A DNA stretch of 64,000 bases from IMG/VR virus record IMGVR_UViG_3300027734_000048, positions 52,567-116,566 of that record. The stretch is one strand, 5' to 3'. This document shows, piece after piece, positions 39,151 to 49,078 of this stretch; position 1 is the first letter of the stretch; each line of letters opens with the position of its first letter. The notes beneath the pieces were generated by a model. The model was given only the letters and a program-made list of their open reading frames with translations. It did not search any database and had not been told where the DNA came from. Both the position numbers and the translations under genes were made by a program. This DNA comes from a virus.

Positions 39151-39750
39151 ATGAAATGGTTAGATGATGTAGTTCCAAGACGCCTGGATAATTTTTTCAC
39201 CCAAGAACAAATGGATCAAGCCTATAGGTATGTTAGACAAATGGAAAAACCAAAAGCATCTGAACATACTGGATATTTTTCATCTTATATTTTTTATCCA
39301 GAAAACATACAAAAAGAATTATTTGCAATTGTTGATAAATATGCTGAAGATGAAGGTGTTGATTTTAAATCAACTAGTCTTCAAACCCATATAGGTAGAT
39401 ATACGCTAGATACTGGGTTTAAACCAAAGTTAACACCACACACCGACTATGGTCTTGAGTTTCATAGTATTACTATAAGTGTTTTGTTAAAAAAGAATAT
39501 TGAATGGCCTATTGGAGTTAATTTAGATAGTTGGCTTTTGAATCCTGGAGATGCCGTGATTTTTTCTGGCACAACCCAAGTTCATTGGAGACCTGCAATT
39601 GATTTTAAAGAAGGTGATTTTGTAGAATCTTTGATCATTCAAGTTACAGATCAAAGACAAAGAAAAACCAATGAAGATCAAGGCCTACAACAGAAAAAAT
39701 TGCTAAACTTTTATAACCAACTATTTGCTGATGGAAGATTGGTTATATGA
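39151..39750 (+). CDS. 2OG-Fe(II) oxygenase
   Basis: RY......L.PHTD....T.SV.L....WPI...L.PGDAVIFSG....HWR. Confidence 0.75.
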   Translation: MKWLDDVVPRRLDNFFTQEQMDQAYRYVRQMEKPKASEHTGYFSSYIFYPENIQKELFAIVDKYAEDEGVDFKSTSLQTHIGRYTLDTGFKPKLTPHTDYGLEFHSITISVLLKKNIEWPIGVNLDSWLLNPGDAVIFSGTTQVHWRPAIDFKEGDFVESLIIQVTDQRQRKTNEDQGLQQKKLLNFYNQLFADGRLVI

Positions 39751-39938
39751 GTAAAGAAGATGTAATAAAGTTGATGTCTGATGTAGTTGAAAAAGAAAAC
39801 ATTAAGATGGCTCAACATAGTAATGTCTCAGCCGAAATGATTGATGAGTATGTCAAACAATCTAGGCCAATGTTAGATCATTTAAATGAAAAAATATATG
39901 ATGTACTTTTAAATGTTGGAATTATTAACAATGGCTGA
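39747..39938 (+). CDS. hypothetical protein
   Basis: 63 aa, overlapping stop/start codons with neighbours. Confidence 0.55.
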   Translation: MSKEDVIKLMSDVVEKENIKMAQHSNVSAEMIDEYVKQSRPMLDHLNEKIYDVLLNVGIINNG

Positions 39939-40656
39939 TGACTTTATTACAATTTACTATTGCACGGATCTTTATGTTAAAAATGAAAAGTCTTATATAC
40001 TAAGCAAAATGTTTTCAGATTTAATTAATGAAAAAGATCAGAATAAAAATACTGGTTCATTTTTGTCATGTCCTGCTGTAGGACCACATTTTAAAAAGAC
40101 AATTGTTGCAAATAGTACAAAATACTCAGAGCATATGATTGAAGGAGATAGGATACGTCCTTTAGGTCATGATCCATATCATGTAAAAAATGTAAGACCA
40201 AGAACACTTGGTATGGGGGCTACGTTTGAGTATCAAAGCCTTAGTATATTTTTTGCAGATTCACCACTAGAGACATTGTTTACATCTCCGTATTTTCATA
40301 AGGCTGGATATACTCAGTATGCAAGTTTAGTCCCTGGAAAATTTGACATAGGTAGATGGTTTAGACCTTTTAATTTTGAAGTCCAGTCTTGGATAGAAGA
40401 AGGAAAGATTATTATAAAAAAGGGTGAGCCACTTTTCTATATAAATTTTCTTACCGATAAAAAAATTGTTATGAAAGAGTTTAAGTACAATCACAAGTTT
40501 GCTGATTTTGCAGAATCACTTATCAAAACATCTTCTTTTCTTAAAGGAGAAGGTTTAGAAGGTCGATATGAGATTTTTAGCAAAAGTGATATTAGAACTA
40601 AGATTATGGAAGAGATCAAGAATAATTTATTGGATACGCCAGATATAATACTATAA
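39931..40656 (+). CDS. conserved phage protein, distant paralog of 19296-20030
   Basis: FLSCPAV...PG.FDIGRWFRP...KGEPLFYINF. Confidence 0.55.
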   Translation: MADDFITIYYCTDLYVKNEKSYILSKMFSDLINEKDQNKNTGSFLSCPAVGPHFKKTIVANSTKYSEHMIEGDRIRPLGHDPYHVKNVRPRTLGMGATFEYQSLSIFFADSPLETLFTSPYFHKAGYTQYASLVPGKFDIGRWFRPFNFEVQSWIEEGKIIIKKGEPLFYINFLTDKKIVMKEFKYNHKFADFAESLIKTSSFLKGEGLEGRYEIFSKSDIRTKIMEEIKNNLLDTPDIIL

Positions 40657-40829
40657 TGAAGAAACATGAAGATAAGGCTTGGCTTGAAGAACAATATGTG
40701 GATCATGAGAAATCCTTAGATACCCTCGCACAAATGTGTAATGTAGATAAGAAAGTTATTATTCAAGCATTAAACGATTTTAGGATATACCGTAAATATG
40801 ATCATACCAAACACCCTAAGCGTTGGTAG
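40656..40829 (+). CDS. small helix-turn-helix protein
   Basis: MKKHEDKAWLEEQYVDHEKSLDTLAQMCNVDKKVIIQALNDFRI (57 aa, read by hand), HTH pattern. Confidence 0.5.
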   Translation: MKKHEDKAWLEEQYVDHEKSLDTLAQMCNVDKKVIIQALNDFRIYRKYDHTKHPKRW

Positions 40830-41010
40830 AGCAAGTACAGTTATCGCAGCACTCTTCTTTAAACATTTTTAGTGCCAAACCATCATTTTCTGGTCTTCCC
40901 AAATCATTCCAAAATATTTCCCTACCCATGTTATCTGTATCAGATATAGGTTTTGACTCAAACTGAAACTCTGGATCCCAGGCGTTTTCCAAATTGTCTA
41001 ATATTCCCAT
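40816..41010 (-). CDS. hypothetical protein
   Basis: MGILDNLENAWD...CCDNCTC; GGTATAAT 6 nt before ATG. Confidence 0.55.
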   Translation of the reverse strand: MGILDNLENAWDPEFQFESKPISDTDNMGREIFWNDLGRPENDGLALKMFKEECCDNCTCSTNA

Positions 41011-41285
41011 GTTTTTATTATACCGCAAATCTGAAAAATTTTAAAAATTGACTTTTACCAAAATCTGAATATTTTTACCAAATGTATGATACATGATCTA
41101 AAAAAAAACACACCAAAAATATAGTGTGCACATAATAAGAGTGCTAACTATACTAGTGGGTGCTTAGTATTTTATAGTACTACCCGCTTAGTTTTTAATG
41201 CAAGCACATGATTGAATTTTAATCTCTGTACCATTGAAATTAACGATTGCTAATGTATCGCATGAATCACATAAAAAGAGTTGCA

Positions 41286-41501
41286 TTAGTTGCACTCCTC
41301 ACATGGACACCATGGGAACTCTCGTTCCTGCTTAATGCGATTAGCAAGAGCCTGAACCTTTTGATAAGTTTCAGCACTAGCACCTCTAAAAGAGATGAGA
41401 TGACCATCAGCCATCATTTGTGCAGCGACTTGAATTCGCTCATCTAGTGTTAGATGTCCGTACTTAGCGGACTTGATTGTATTTTTATCTAGTGTATTCA
41501 T
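41286..41501 (-). CDS. hypothetical early protein
   Basis: 71 aa, AGAAAGG RBS, leftward TTGACT-17-TAGTAT promoter at 41690-41662. Confidence 0.6.
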   Translation of the reverse strand: MNTLDKNTIKSAKYGHLTLDERIQVAAQMMADGHLISFRGASAETYQKVQALANRIKQEREFPWCPCEECN

Positions 41502-41661
41502 TTAATGAGTACCTTTCTTTTAATGTGTTAGCACTTTGCTAACGCTTTCCTTGCCTAGTGTTATTTGCTCTTATTTGCTACGCTCACCCGATAATCGGTT
41601 TATTTGGTAGGCTCAGAGGCTCAACTAGGATTTACCTTTATTTAATTTTTCTTATAGTAGA

Positions 41662-41889
41662 ATACTATCACACAATACCCCAAAAGTCAAGTCCTAACAC
41701 GGCGTGTCGTATGTGATTTAGACCACAGTACATATAGGACAAATCGGACATTGTGACGTCGAGTTATCCACATGACGCACATCACATTCATAATTGAGCG
41801 TAAGTTATCCACATGACCTACATCACAATCCCAAATGTCCGTTTTATGCGTTTTGTACACCCATAAATGTCAGACCCCCCTGCTATACT
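41662..41889. promoter_or_regulatory. divergent early control region
   Basis: Leftward TTGACT-17-TAGTAT; GGCGTGTCG 41701; CRP-like sites 41712, 41771, 41812; TTATCCACA 41764, 41805; rightward TGTCAG-N10-TATACT 41868-41889. Confidence 0.8.
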
Positions 41890-41939
41890 TACAGTATAAA
41901 GAAAGTCAATCAAGGTGATTGAACTAGAAAGGAATTCAA

Positions 41940-42357
41940 ATGAATTCAAATGTAATAAACACAGTATGTGTGTCACATACCCCTAATAAGTCTGCTATCT
42001 CAGACCATAATGATGAGCAATTCACATTTTGTGAAGTTTGCGAAACTAACATTGAGCGTTGGTATAACGATACCGACCCTGAGCGTCTACCTATGTGGAC
42101 AGATTGGAAAGTGTCTAAATAATGAATAACATAATTTGTTGCTTTTGCGAAAACACTTATTCCGAAGGAACGCTATTCTGCGTTTCCTGTAATGAGTATA
42201 AAGGTCTAATGACTATAAAAGAATTCAATTCTTACTATGGAGAAAGGATTTATTCATAATGAATTTCTATGAAACATTCTTTGTAAGTGGTAACGCACTA
42301 TTCTGGTTCTCTATGATCTGTTTAATAAGTGGATTTTATTTATTCGTAAAAGAATAA
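41940..42357 (+). CDS. operon of three tiny early ORFs (41940-42122, 42122-42259, 42259-42357)
   Basis: AGAAAGG RBS, TAATG coupling; two ORFs carry CxxC, one is hydrophobic. Confidence 0.5.
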
Positions 42358-42378
42358 ATTTAATTCCCTGCAAAAAAT

Positions 42379-42489
42379 GGGACGTCGCCTGTGGATAACT
42401 TGTGGATAACTTGTGTGATATTTATCACAAAAATACTTTCCCGACACGCCCGAAAAAGGGGTCAAAATGTCAGTGGTAGGTGTTACACT
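42379..42489 (+). promoter_or_regulatory. early promoter module
   Basis: GGGACGTC 42379; TGTGGATAA 42390 and 42401; TGTGA-N6-TCACA 42414; CGACACGCC 42442; TGTCAG-N10-TACACT 42468-42489. Confidence 0.8.
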
Positions 42490-42539
42490 AATAGTATAAA
42501 GAAAGTTGAGAAAGGTTCTCAAACTAGAAAGGTCAGATA

Positions 42540-43512
42540 ATGACAAATAGAATATGGGAAAGTCGTAATGACTACCAAGTTGAAAGTGACGCACAGCGTC
42601 TTGGATATGTAGCCTGTTCAGCAGGTTGTGGCAGAGTAACCGCTTGGTCGCTCTGTGTAATGTGTGGCGGTAACTATACCGAACACAATCTACTAGGAAA
42701 GGTGGTCAAATAATGACTACACTAAATGAAACACTATTCAGCACAATCGTGCACGAATACCATAATGGTGGTGTTCAATCCTCTTATGGATTAGACGCTT
42801 ACACTAGAAAAGAATTGCTAAAATTCTTATTCAGTAGCAAAGGTTGCTATTGCATAAATTGTATCTCTAAGGAGTCTAAATAATGAGTCTCTCTCTTGCT
42901 AATAAATTGGCACAAGATAAATTCTTTCTGCCCCCTTCAAAATATATCAACCACAAAGTCGTGGAAATTATTTCGCTAAATGACGAAACTGAAACTGTGT
43001 CAGTTACACTTCAAAAATATGGAATTAGCCGTAGTGCTAATGCCGTAAAAGGTAATCTAATAACTATTGAATTACCTTATGCTGAATTCAAAAATCTAAA
43101 TGGTTGGGGAAATAATAAATGAGCACTTTCATAAATCTTGATTCCGTTTGCGGAAAATCATCTGCCTCTGTTGATGTCTATGACTTAGACCTCAATCCTC
43201 ATGGCGTTATCTGTTGCGATAACTGCCGTTCAATTTTAATCTGCCGTAAGGCATGGGACTTTTTATATAAGGAGAAAAACTAATGCGAGTATTTGAATTC
43301 ACTACATTTATTGACATCGTTGCTAATAACTATGATGAAGCAATAGATATCTTTGATCATAAATTAAAATATGGAAACATAGATAGAAGCACTGTCTATG
43401 TTGCAGACATTGAGGAGAAAGAATGAAAACACTTCAAGAAAAATTAGATTTAGTTTCTAAAGAATTAGAACCAATACTTTGGGAATTACTAAATGAAATT
43501 GAAAATGAATAA
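42540..43512 (+). CDS. operon of about 6 small early ORFs (includes 42883-43122)
   Basis: Chained TAATG/ATGA overlaps with AAGGAG/GAAAGG RBSs; several CxxC motifs; hairpin plus T-tract at 43524-43552. Confidence 0.5.
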
Positions 43513-43552
43513 ATAAAAAACAAGATCGCAGAAATAAAACTCTGCGATTTTT

Positions 43553-43758
43553 GAACGTCCCCGTGTGACGAGAATCACATCAAAAATGTCCGATTTGTGC
43601 GTGTCTAAACTTGACTTTTTGACATTTATCTGCTAGTATTCTACTATAACAATTAAATAATGACTAATAAGGTAATGAGCCTAGCAAATAAATGTGACCA
43701 GTATCACAGTGAGCCTAGCGAATAAATGCCCTAAAATGTCAGCCCCTAATGGTAAGAT
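43553..43758 (+). promoter_or_regulatory. early promoter module with tandem promoters
   Basis: TGTGA-N6-TCACA 43564 and 43693; TTGACT-17-TAGTAT 43611-43639; TGAGCCTAGC(A/G)AATAAATG x2; TGTCAG-N10-TAAGAT 43737-43758. Confidence 0.8.
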
Positions 43759-43791
43759 AGTCTTATCAACTAAACGAAAGGAAGTCTAAAA

Positions 43792-44556
43792 ATGACTTAC
43801 ACTATAACACTAGAAACCTTTTCAGGTTCTACAAAAAAAATCGCTATGCCCTCAAAAGGTGCGGTTGCTCAATTCATCTCAACTTATCCAACTCAATTAC
43901 CTGTTGGCGTATCTGTCAAGGTTGCTTGCGATACTCTCGGAATTAGTGGCACACTTCGTGGCACTCTTACACCCTCAAACTCAAACTAAGAATAGGAAAA
44001 CTAAAATAATGGTAAAAGTAAATCACTCTCTAAATTTCGTTACAGAATTTGACGAAACACATCCAATCGCTAAACAAGCACTTTCAATTCCTGAATCAGA
44101 TTTGATTGCTATGCTTGAAGGAATGCTAAAAGAATTATTAGTGCCTGCACTAACTTCAACCCTTGATGAAATAAATGCTCGTGGCACTTACGCAATTCTA
44201 AAGGTGGCAGAATAATGATGACCCGTAAAGACTATGTAGCAACTGCTGAAATTCTTAGCAATTACTTTGCTACCTCTGTTTTTGATGAGCAAGGAGAAAT
44301 GCTATTTGCTGATTTAGTAGATGAATTTTCTCTAATGTTTGAAACAGATAATCCAAGATTTGACGCAACTAAATTTGCTATTGCTTGCTATGAAAAATTG
44401 GAGATGGCTAAATGATTTTAGATACTGGAACACTTCTTGCAATCATAATTGCACTTGGTGGATCAATAACAGTTATGTGTTTATTCTGGAAACAGAACGC
44501 AGAACTAACAAGAGAAAACTATCGACTGCGTAATGAATTGCGTAAATCAAAACTAA
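43792..44556 (+). CDS. operon of four small early ORFs (43792-43989, 44009-44215, 44215-44415, 44412-44556)
   Basis: RBSs and coupled stop/start codons; MTRKDY...A......F..DNPRFD..KF motif in 44215-44415. Confidence 0.55.
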
Positions 44557-44602
44557 TCTAAAATAAAATCCTAAGCATGATTTAAAACTGCTCTCAATTT
44601 TT

Positions 44603-44816
44603 GGGACGTCGGGGTCGGGCGTGTCGTCCACAGACTTATCCACAGGACTATTTGTGTGAGATTTATCACACGGCTTGAGCGTCTCACTATTTGGATTTAC
44701 TGGCTAGTAAGTTGATAATTTGTGTCTAATAGGCTAGACTTACATAGTAAGAAAAAATAAATAGTTTAGCAATTACGGCGTGTCGTTTAGAAAATGTCAG
44801 TCTAATATGCTAAGAT
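44603..44816 (+). promoter_or_regulatory. early promoter module
   Basis: GGGACGTC 44603; GGCGTGTCG 44618 and 44777; TTATCCACA 44636; TGTGA-N6-TCACA 44655; TGTCAG-N10-TAAGAT 44795-44816. Confidence 0.8.
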
Positions 44817-44850
44817 ATTTATATCAACAAAAAAAGAAAGAGGTTGGCAA

Positions 44851-45956
44851 ATGTCAGCAAATGTCTATACAATAGAAAACCTACTTGTAGGAAAGTCCTA
44901 TCGCTCACGCACCCTAACAGGTGAAATTATCTCAGCAGAGATACACCCTAAAGCAGTTTGGTATGAAAATTGTGAAACTTATCTTGTAGAAATTGCACCT
45001 AATAGCGGAAGCAATACTTGGGGTCGCAGAACTTATCGCACAGTTGCAGTAAAGACAGGTGAATAAGTAATGGGATATGTAGAAATTTTTAGAATTGACG
45101 AAAATGGTGCAGGTTGGGTAGACTTAGAGTCTGCAACACCCGATGAACTATTTACTTTGGAAGTGGGCTTACTAAATGAAGGTGCATTATTCACAACGAA
45201 AGAGGCAGACTAATGGAATATAACTACTCTCTAACTATTGCCTATGACGGCGAATTGGTATCAACAACACGAAGTGCAGATATGCTTGAGATGGTATCTG
45301 AATGGAATAAGTGTGTAGACTTTGGAGACGCTAAAGAATACGCAACCTATAATCTGTCAGACCCTACTGGCAAGATGTATACTAAGACTTTCTACCGCAA
45401 CGGAAATGTGAGCGTGAAATAATATGGGTTCAGTTACAGCATTAGGAATTAAAGATGAAGTCTTAGACCTAGAGACTCAGATTCTCTATCACTTAAAGGG
45501 TAATCACTATCCCCCTGTCCCCGCAGAAATGGTTGCCCCTTGCATAGAGGCTATTGACGCATACTACGAAGAAGATTACAATCGAGAAATTTCTATGCCC
45601 AAAGTTGGAGACTTTCAGATTATGTATAAAAATTCCATTACGGCACCTGCTTGGGCTATCGTGGAACAGCACCACCTGCAATTCTGGCTGCCAGAGGAGG
45701 AATACTAAAAATGTCTGCTACAATAAAAACTATGCAATTAATTTACGCAGACCTACTTACTCCAGATCAGTTGATGGAGGAAGATTTGATTAAGGTAGAT
45801 GGTGAAATAGTCACTGTCATAGGAATTGAATCTAATCCTAGTGGTGATATTTATTATGTAGGTTATGAAGATGACTTTGGTGATAAAGATGTAGTTGAAT
45901 TTAACTACGATCAAAAAGTTGAACTTTATGTATTCCGTGAAGATTTAGAAGATTAA
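44851..45956 (+). CDS. operon of five small early ORFs (44851-45066, 45069-45213, 45213-45422, 45424-45708, 45711-45956)
   Basis: Tightly packed ORFs; HL.GNHYPPVP motif in 45424-45708; acidic products. Confidence 0.55.
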
Positions 45957-45974
45957 CTAAAACCCCTAAAAAAT

Positions 45975-46184
45975 GGGACGTCCCGCAGTCGGGCGTGTCG
46001 CATGTGAGATTAATCACAATTTATGATTTGACATTTTTACTTTATCTCTGCTAGTATTAAGTTATGAAGAAGTCATCTGAGGAATTACGCAAACTAATGG
46101 AATTACGCCGTAGTAATGCTGCTTCCGCTGTGCCTTCTAAAAAGGCTTACAATCGCAAGAAATGTCAGTCTGAACTGCTACAAT
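45975..46184 (+). promoter_or_regulatory. early promoter module
   Basis: GGGACGTCCC 45975; GGCGTGTCG 45992; TGTGA-N6-TCACA 46003; TTGACA-18-TAGTAT 46028-46057; TGTCAG-N10-TACAAT 46163-46184. Confidence 0.8.
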
Positions 46185-46375
46185 TAAAATATCAACAAAA
46201 AGGAGAATAGCCCCTATGGGAAATATCGCAGATGAATTCTATGATGAATACTACGCAACTGTCTGTCCGTCTTGTCAAGAAAATTCGGTAGACGCATATG
46301 AAGAAAAATGCACTCATTGCTTACTAGAAGAAATGTCCACTACTTATAACGAAGACATCGCTCTAGAAATGAGTC

Positions 46376-47107
46376 TTGGTCTTGACTACTAAACTACTTC
46401 GCTCTAAAGATAGGAAAGTTACTAATGCTGTATCCCCTAATGGCAAGACTGCAACAATTGCTAACACTTTCGGATTACCCGCAGGAAAAGAATACTCATG
46501 CCCTGGAGCAACCTCAGTGTGTGAGTCAGTCTGCTACGCAGGAAAGTTAGAGAAACTCTTCAAAGGCGTTAAGGTTAACCTATTACATAACTGGGACCTG
46601 CTCAAAGACGCAGATCTAGAAACTATGCAGGACCTGCTCACTGAAATGATAAATGATTTCAAGAAAGACTGTATCAAGAAAGACGCCCCTATGCTATTTC
46701 GCATTCACTGGGACGGAGATTTCTTTAATGATACATACACGCAAGCCTGGAAGAATGTCATCCTAAATAATACTGATATTCAATTCTGGGTATATACACG
46801 AGTACAATCTGCAGCACTTATGCTTAAGGATATTGCTAATCTATCTTTATATTATTCTACAGATAGCGAGAATAAAGAAACTGGAATTAGCCTTAAGACT
46901 GTTCATGGAATTAAGTTAGCATATCTTGCTAAGAATTTTGCAGACGGTCAAGCAGATATGAAAGCGTTAACTTCAAAACCTGGTGCTAAGTGTCCTGAAA
47001 ATGCAAAACGCATTCCACTTATTTCAACTACTGGTAGTGCTTGTGTTTCTTGCAGATTATGTGTATACTCTAAGAGTGATATTGTATTCAGTGCGAGTAA
47101 AAAATAA
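46376..47107 (+). CDS. phage Gp88-like Cys-cluster (radical-SAM-like) protein
   Basis: FGLPAG...SCPGAT..C...CYA, FRIH..GDF, FW.YTR, terminal C..C.LC. Confidence 0.65.
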   Translation: MVLTTKLLRSKDRKVTNAVSPNGKTATIANTFGLPAGKEYSCPGATSVCESVCYAGKLEKLFKGVKVNLLHNWDLLKDADLETMQDLLTEMINDFKKDCIKKDAPMLFRIHWDGDFFNDTYTQAWKNVILNNTDIQFWVYTRVQSAALMLKDIANLSLYYSTDSENKETGISLKTVHGIKLAYLAKNFADGQADMKALTSKPGAKCPENAKRIPLISTTGSACVSCRLCVYSKSDIVFSASKK

Positions 47108-47197
47108 ATGATGAGTTTATTTTATTTATTAATGATAACACTAGTAATGTGTGCACTCCTTGGTTCTAGTGGGTTCTAGCGGATCCCCTGGAATTTT

Positions 47198-47408
47198 GGG
47201 ACGTCCCGCCCACCCCCATTTGTCAAGTTACGACACGCACGATTTTTGTGAGGTTTATCACAATTTAATGTCCGATTTATGACATTTTCGATTTGTATTT
47301 ATGACATTTATTTGCTATTATTAAGTTATGAACAAAACAACACCCGTAGTCCAAGATGTGAGATTTTTCTTGGCTGACTTGCGAAATGTCAGTAGGAAAT
47401 GTTATACT
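47198..47408 (+). promoter_or_regulatory. early promoter module
   Basis: GGGACGTCCC 47198; CGACACGC 47231; TGTGA-N6-TCACA 47247; AATGTCCGATTT 47268; TGTCAG-N10-TATACT 47387-47408. Confidence 0.8.
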
Positions 47409-47441
47409 TGGATTATCAACCAAACAAAAGGAGAAACAAAA

Positions 47442-47606
47442 ATGGCAGTAGCAACAGCAACATACAAGGTAGGCGACCTCTACACAACACAGAAGTCAAA
47501 GGTTACAGGAACAATTCAGGAGATTACTCCACAGGCAAATGGAAATGTTCGTGTAAAGTTAGATGTAAATGGCACACCTCGTTACACAACTTGGACAGCA
47601 AAGTAA
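47442..47606 (+). CDS. small SH3-like beta-barrel protein
   Basis: MAVATATYKVGDLY...VTGTIQEI...VRVKLDV.G..RYTTW; AAGGAG RBS. Confidence 0.6.
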   Translation: MAVATATYKVGDLYTTQKSKVTGTIQEITPQANGNVRVKLDVNGTPRYTTWTAK

Positions 47607-47680
47607 TCTAATTACACTTTCCTGAGTATGAAATAAAACTGCTCAACACCCCCAACTAACAGAAAAGGAAACAGACCCAA

Positions 47681-48103
47681 ATGGCACAACGCAAAGCAAT
47701 CTCAGTAAAGATAGCAACAGAAAAGGTAATCAAGGCACTAGAAGGCTCACTCGCTAAACTAGAACTTGACTACACATCACAAGAAGCAAGCGAAGCAAAG
47801 TATCAGAAAGCACACGAAGCGTGGAAAAAGCAAATTGGTGAGTGGGCTATTGCCAACTTCTCAAAGGCTGAGAACCTTCGCACTAACTATCGTTCTTGGA
47901 ACAACAACCTCAATGTTGATTTTGACATTGTAGTAAAGCAAGGCGACTTCCCAACTGAACCTGAAAAGGATTTTGAGGTTATCCATCAGCACACTTATCG
48001 TGAGCAGAAAGAGGAAATTGCTAACGCAATTCGTATTCTCAAGATGACAGATGAGGAAACAGTAAGCACAAGCACTTACAATGCTATTGCTCGTTACCTA
48101 TAA
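47681..48103 (+). CDS. hypothetical early protein
   Basis: 140 aa, AAAGGA RBS, highly biased codon usage. Confidence 0.7.
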   Translation: MAQRKAISVKIATEKVIKALEGSLAKLELDYTSQEASEAKYQKAHEAWKKQIGEWAIANFSKAENLRTNYRSWNNNLNVDFDIVVKQGDFPTEPEKDFEVIHQHTYREQKEEIANAIRILKMTDEETVSTSTYNAIARYL

Positions 48104-48300
48104 CTAAATAACGAAACAGGGGCAGTTTAGAGAGTGTTCTCGCCCAATGTCGTAAGTAAGAACTCTCATTATTAGGGCAAGGGGTTCAGAGCCTCTCCTA
48201 TGTTCGCCAGGCTGATTAGGGCGACAATAGAAATACTATAGAGCAAGGTTCCTGCAGACCTAAAGAAGCAGACATCCTGAGCACGATCCAAAAAGGCTCC
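48104..48300 (+). ncRNA. candidate structured non-coding RNA (tandem pseudoknots and hairpins)
   Basis: About 200-nt gap with pairings GGGC/GCCC plus GAGAG..TTCT/AGAACTCTC, TAGGG/CCCTA, TCGCC/GGCGA, AGGTT/GACCT plus CTGC/GCAG, ATC/GAT plus GAGC/GCTC. Confidence 0.45.
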
Positions 48301-48374
48301 CCGCAAGGGTCTTTGACAAATGTCAGTGGCCACTAGTACAATTAATATAAACAAACTAACAGAAAGAGGCCCCC

Positions 48375-48815
48375 ATGGACCAGCAATACCCAACAATAAT
48401 CAATGCAACTGATGAATTTAATCAGAAGCAGGCTGCAGCACTACAAGAAGCAATTGAAAAAAAGGATGCATTAATTGTATCTCTTCAAGACCGTATGTCT
48501 GCAATGTCTCAGCGCTCATATGCTGATTCAGCGGAGCGTAACCGTATGGTTGAATCAATGCAAGAGTGGACTCTAGAAGAGTTAAGCAATGAAACAATTA
48601 CAGAATCACAGGCCCAAGAAATTGCAGAAATTATGGGCTTTGACCTTACCAAGGAAGTTGAAGTTGAGGTTACCGTTACGTACAACCTAACACTGCAGGT
48701 ACCTCATGATGAGGACGCCGAATCAATTGTTAACGATATCGATTTTGAATCTGTATCTTATAATTCTGATAACATCACATGGCTATCGGCCAGTGTTGAC
48801 AGAATTGATTTTTAG
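48375..48815 (+). CDS. hypothetical acidic early protein
   Basis: 146 aa; preceded by TGTCAG-N10-TACAAT 48321-48342 and TTGACA 48313. Confidence 0.7.
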   Translation: MDQQYPTIINATDEFNQKQAAALQEAIEKKDALIVSLQDRMSAMSQRSYADSAERNRMVESMQEWTLEELSNETITESQAQEIAEIMGFDLTKEVEVEVTVTYNLTLQVPHDEDAESIVNDIDFESVSYNSDNITWLSASVDRIDF

Positions 48816-48918
48816 TAGGGGGCTACTAAATATAGACATGTCGAATGTCTTTAAACTAGGCAAGGGACCTGAGCATTGTCCATGTAAACGGCTCACTTTA
48901 AATTCTTTCAAAATTTTT

Positions 48919-49046
48919 GACGTCCCGCCTGTGGATAACTTTGTCAAATCGACACGCCGTTACGACTATATGATCTTTCCCACAATGTCCGATTTATCCA
49001 TGTTTAACTATCTGGATTTGCATATGTCAGTCAGTCCTGCTATACT
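48919..49046 (+). promoter_or_regulatory. early promoter module
   Basis: GACGTCCC 48919; TGTGGATAA 48930; CGACACGCC 48950; AATGTCCGATTT 48984; TGTCAG-N10-TATACT 49025-49046. Confidence 0.8.
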
Positions 49047-49078
49047 TAAATTTCAACAAACAAAAAGGAGAAAAACTC

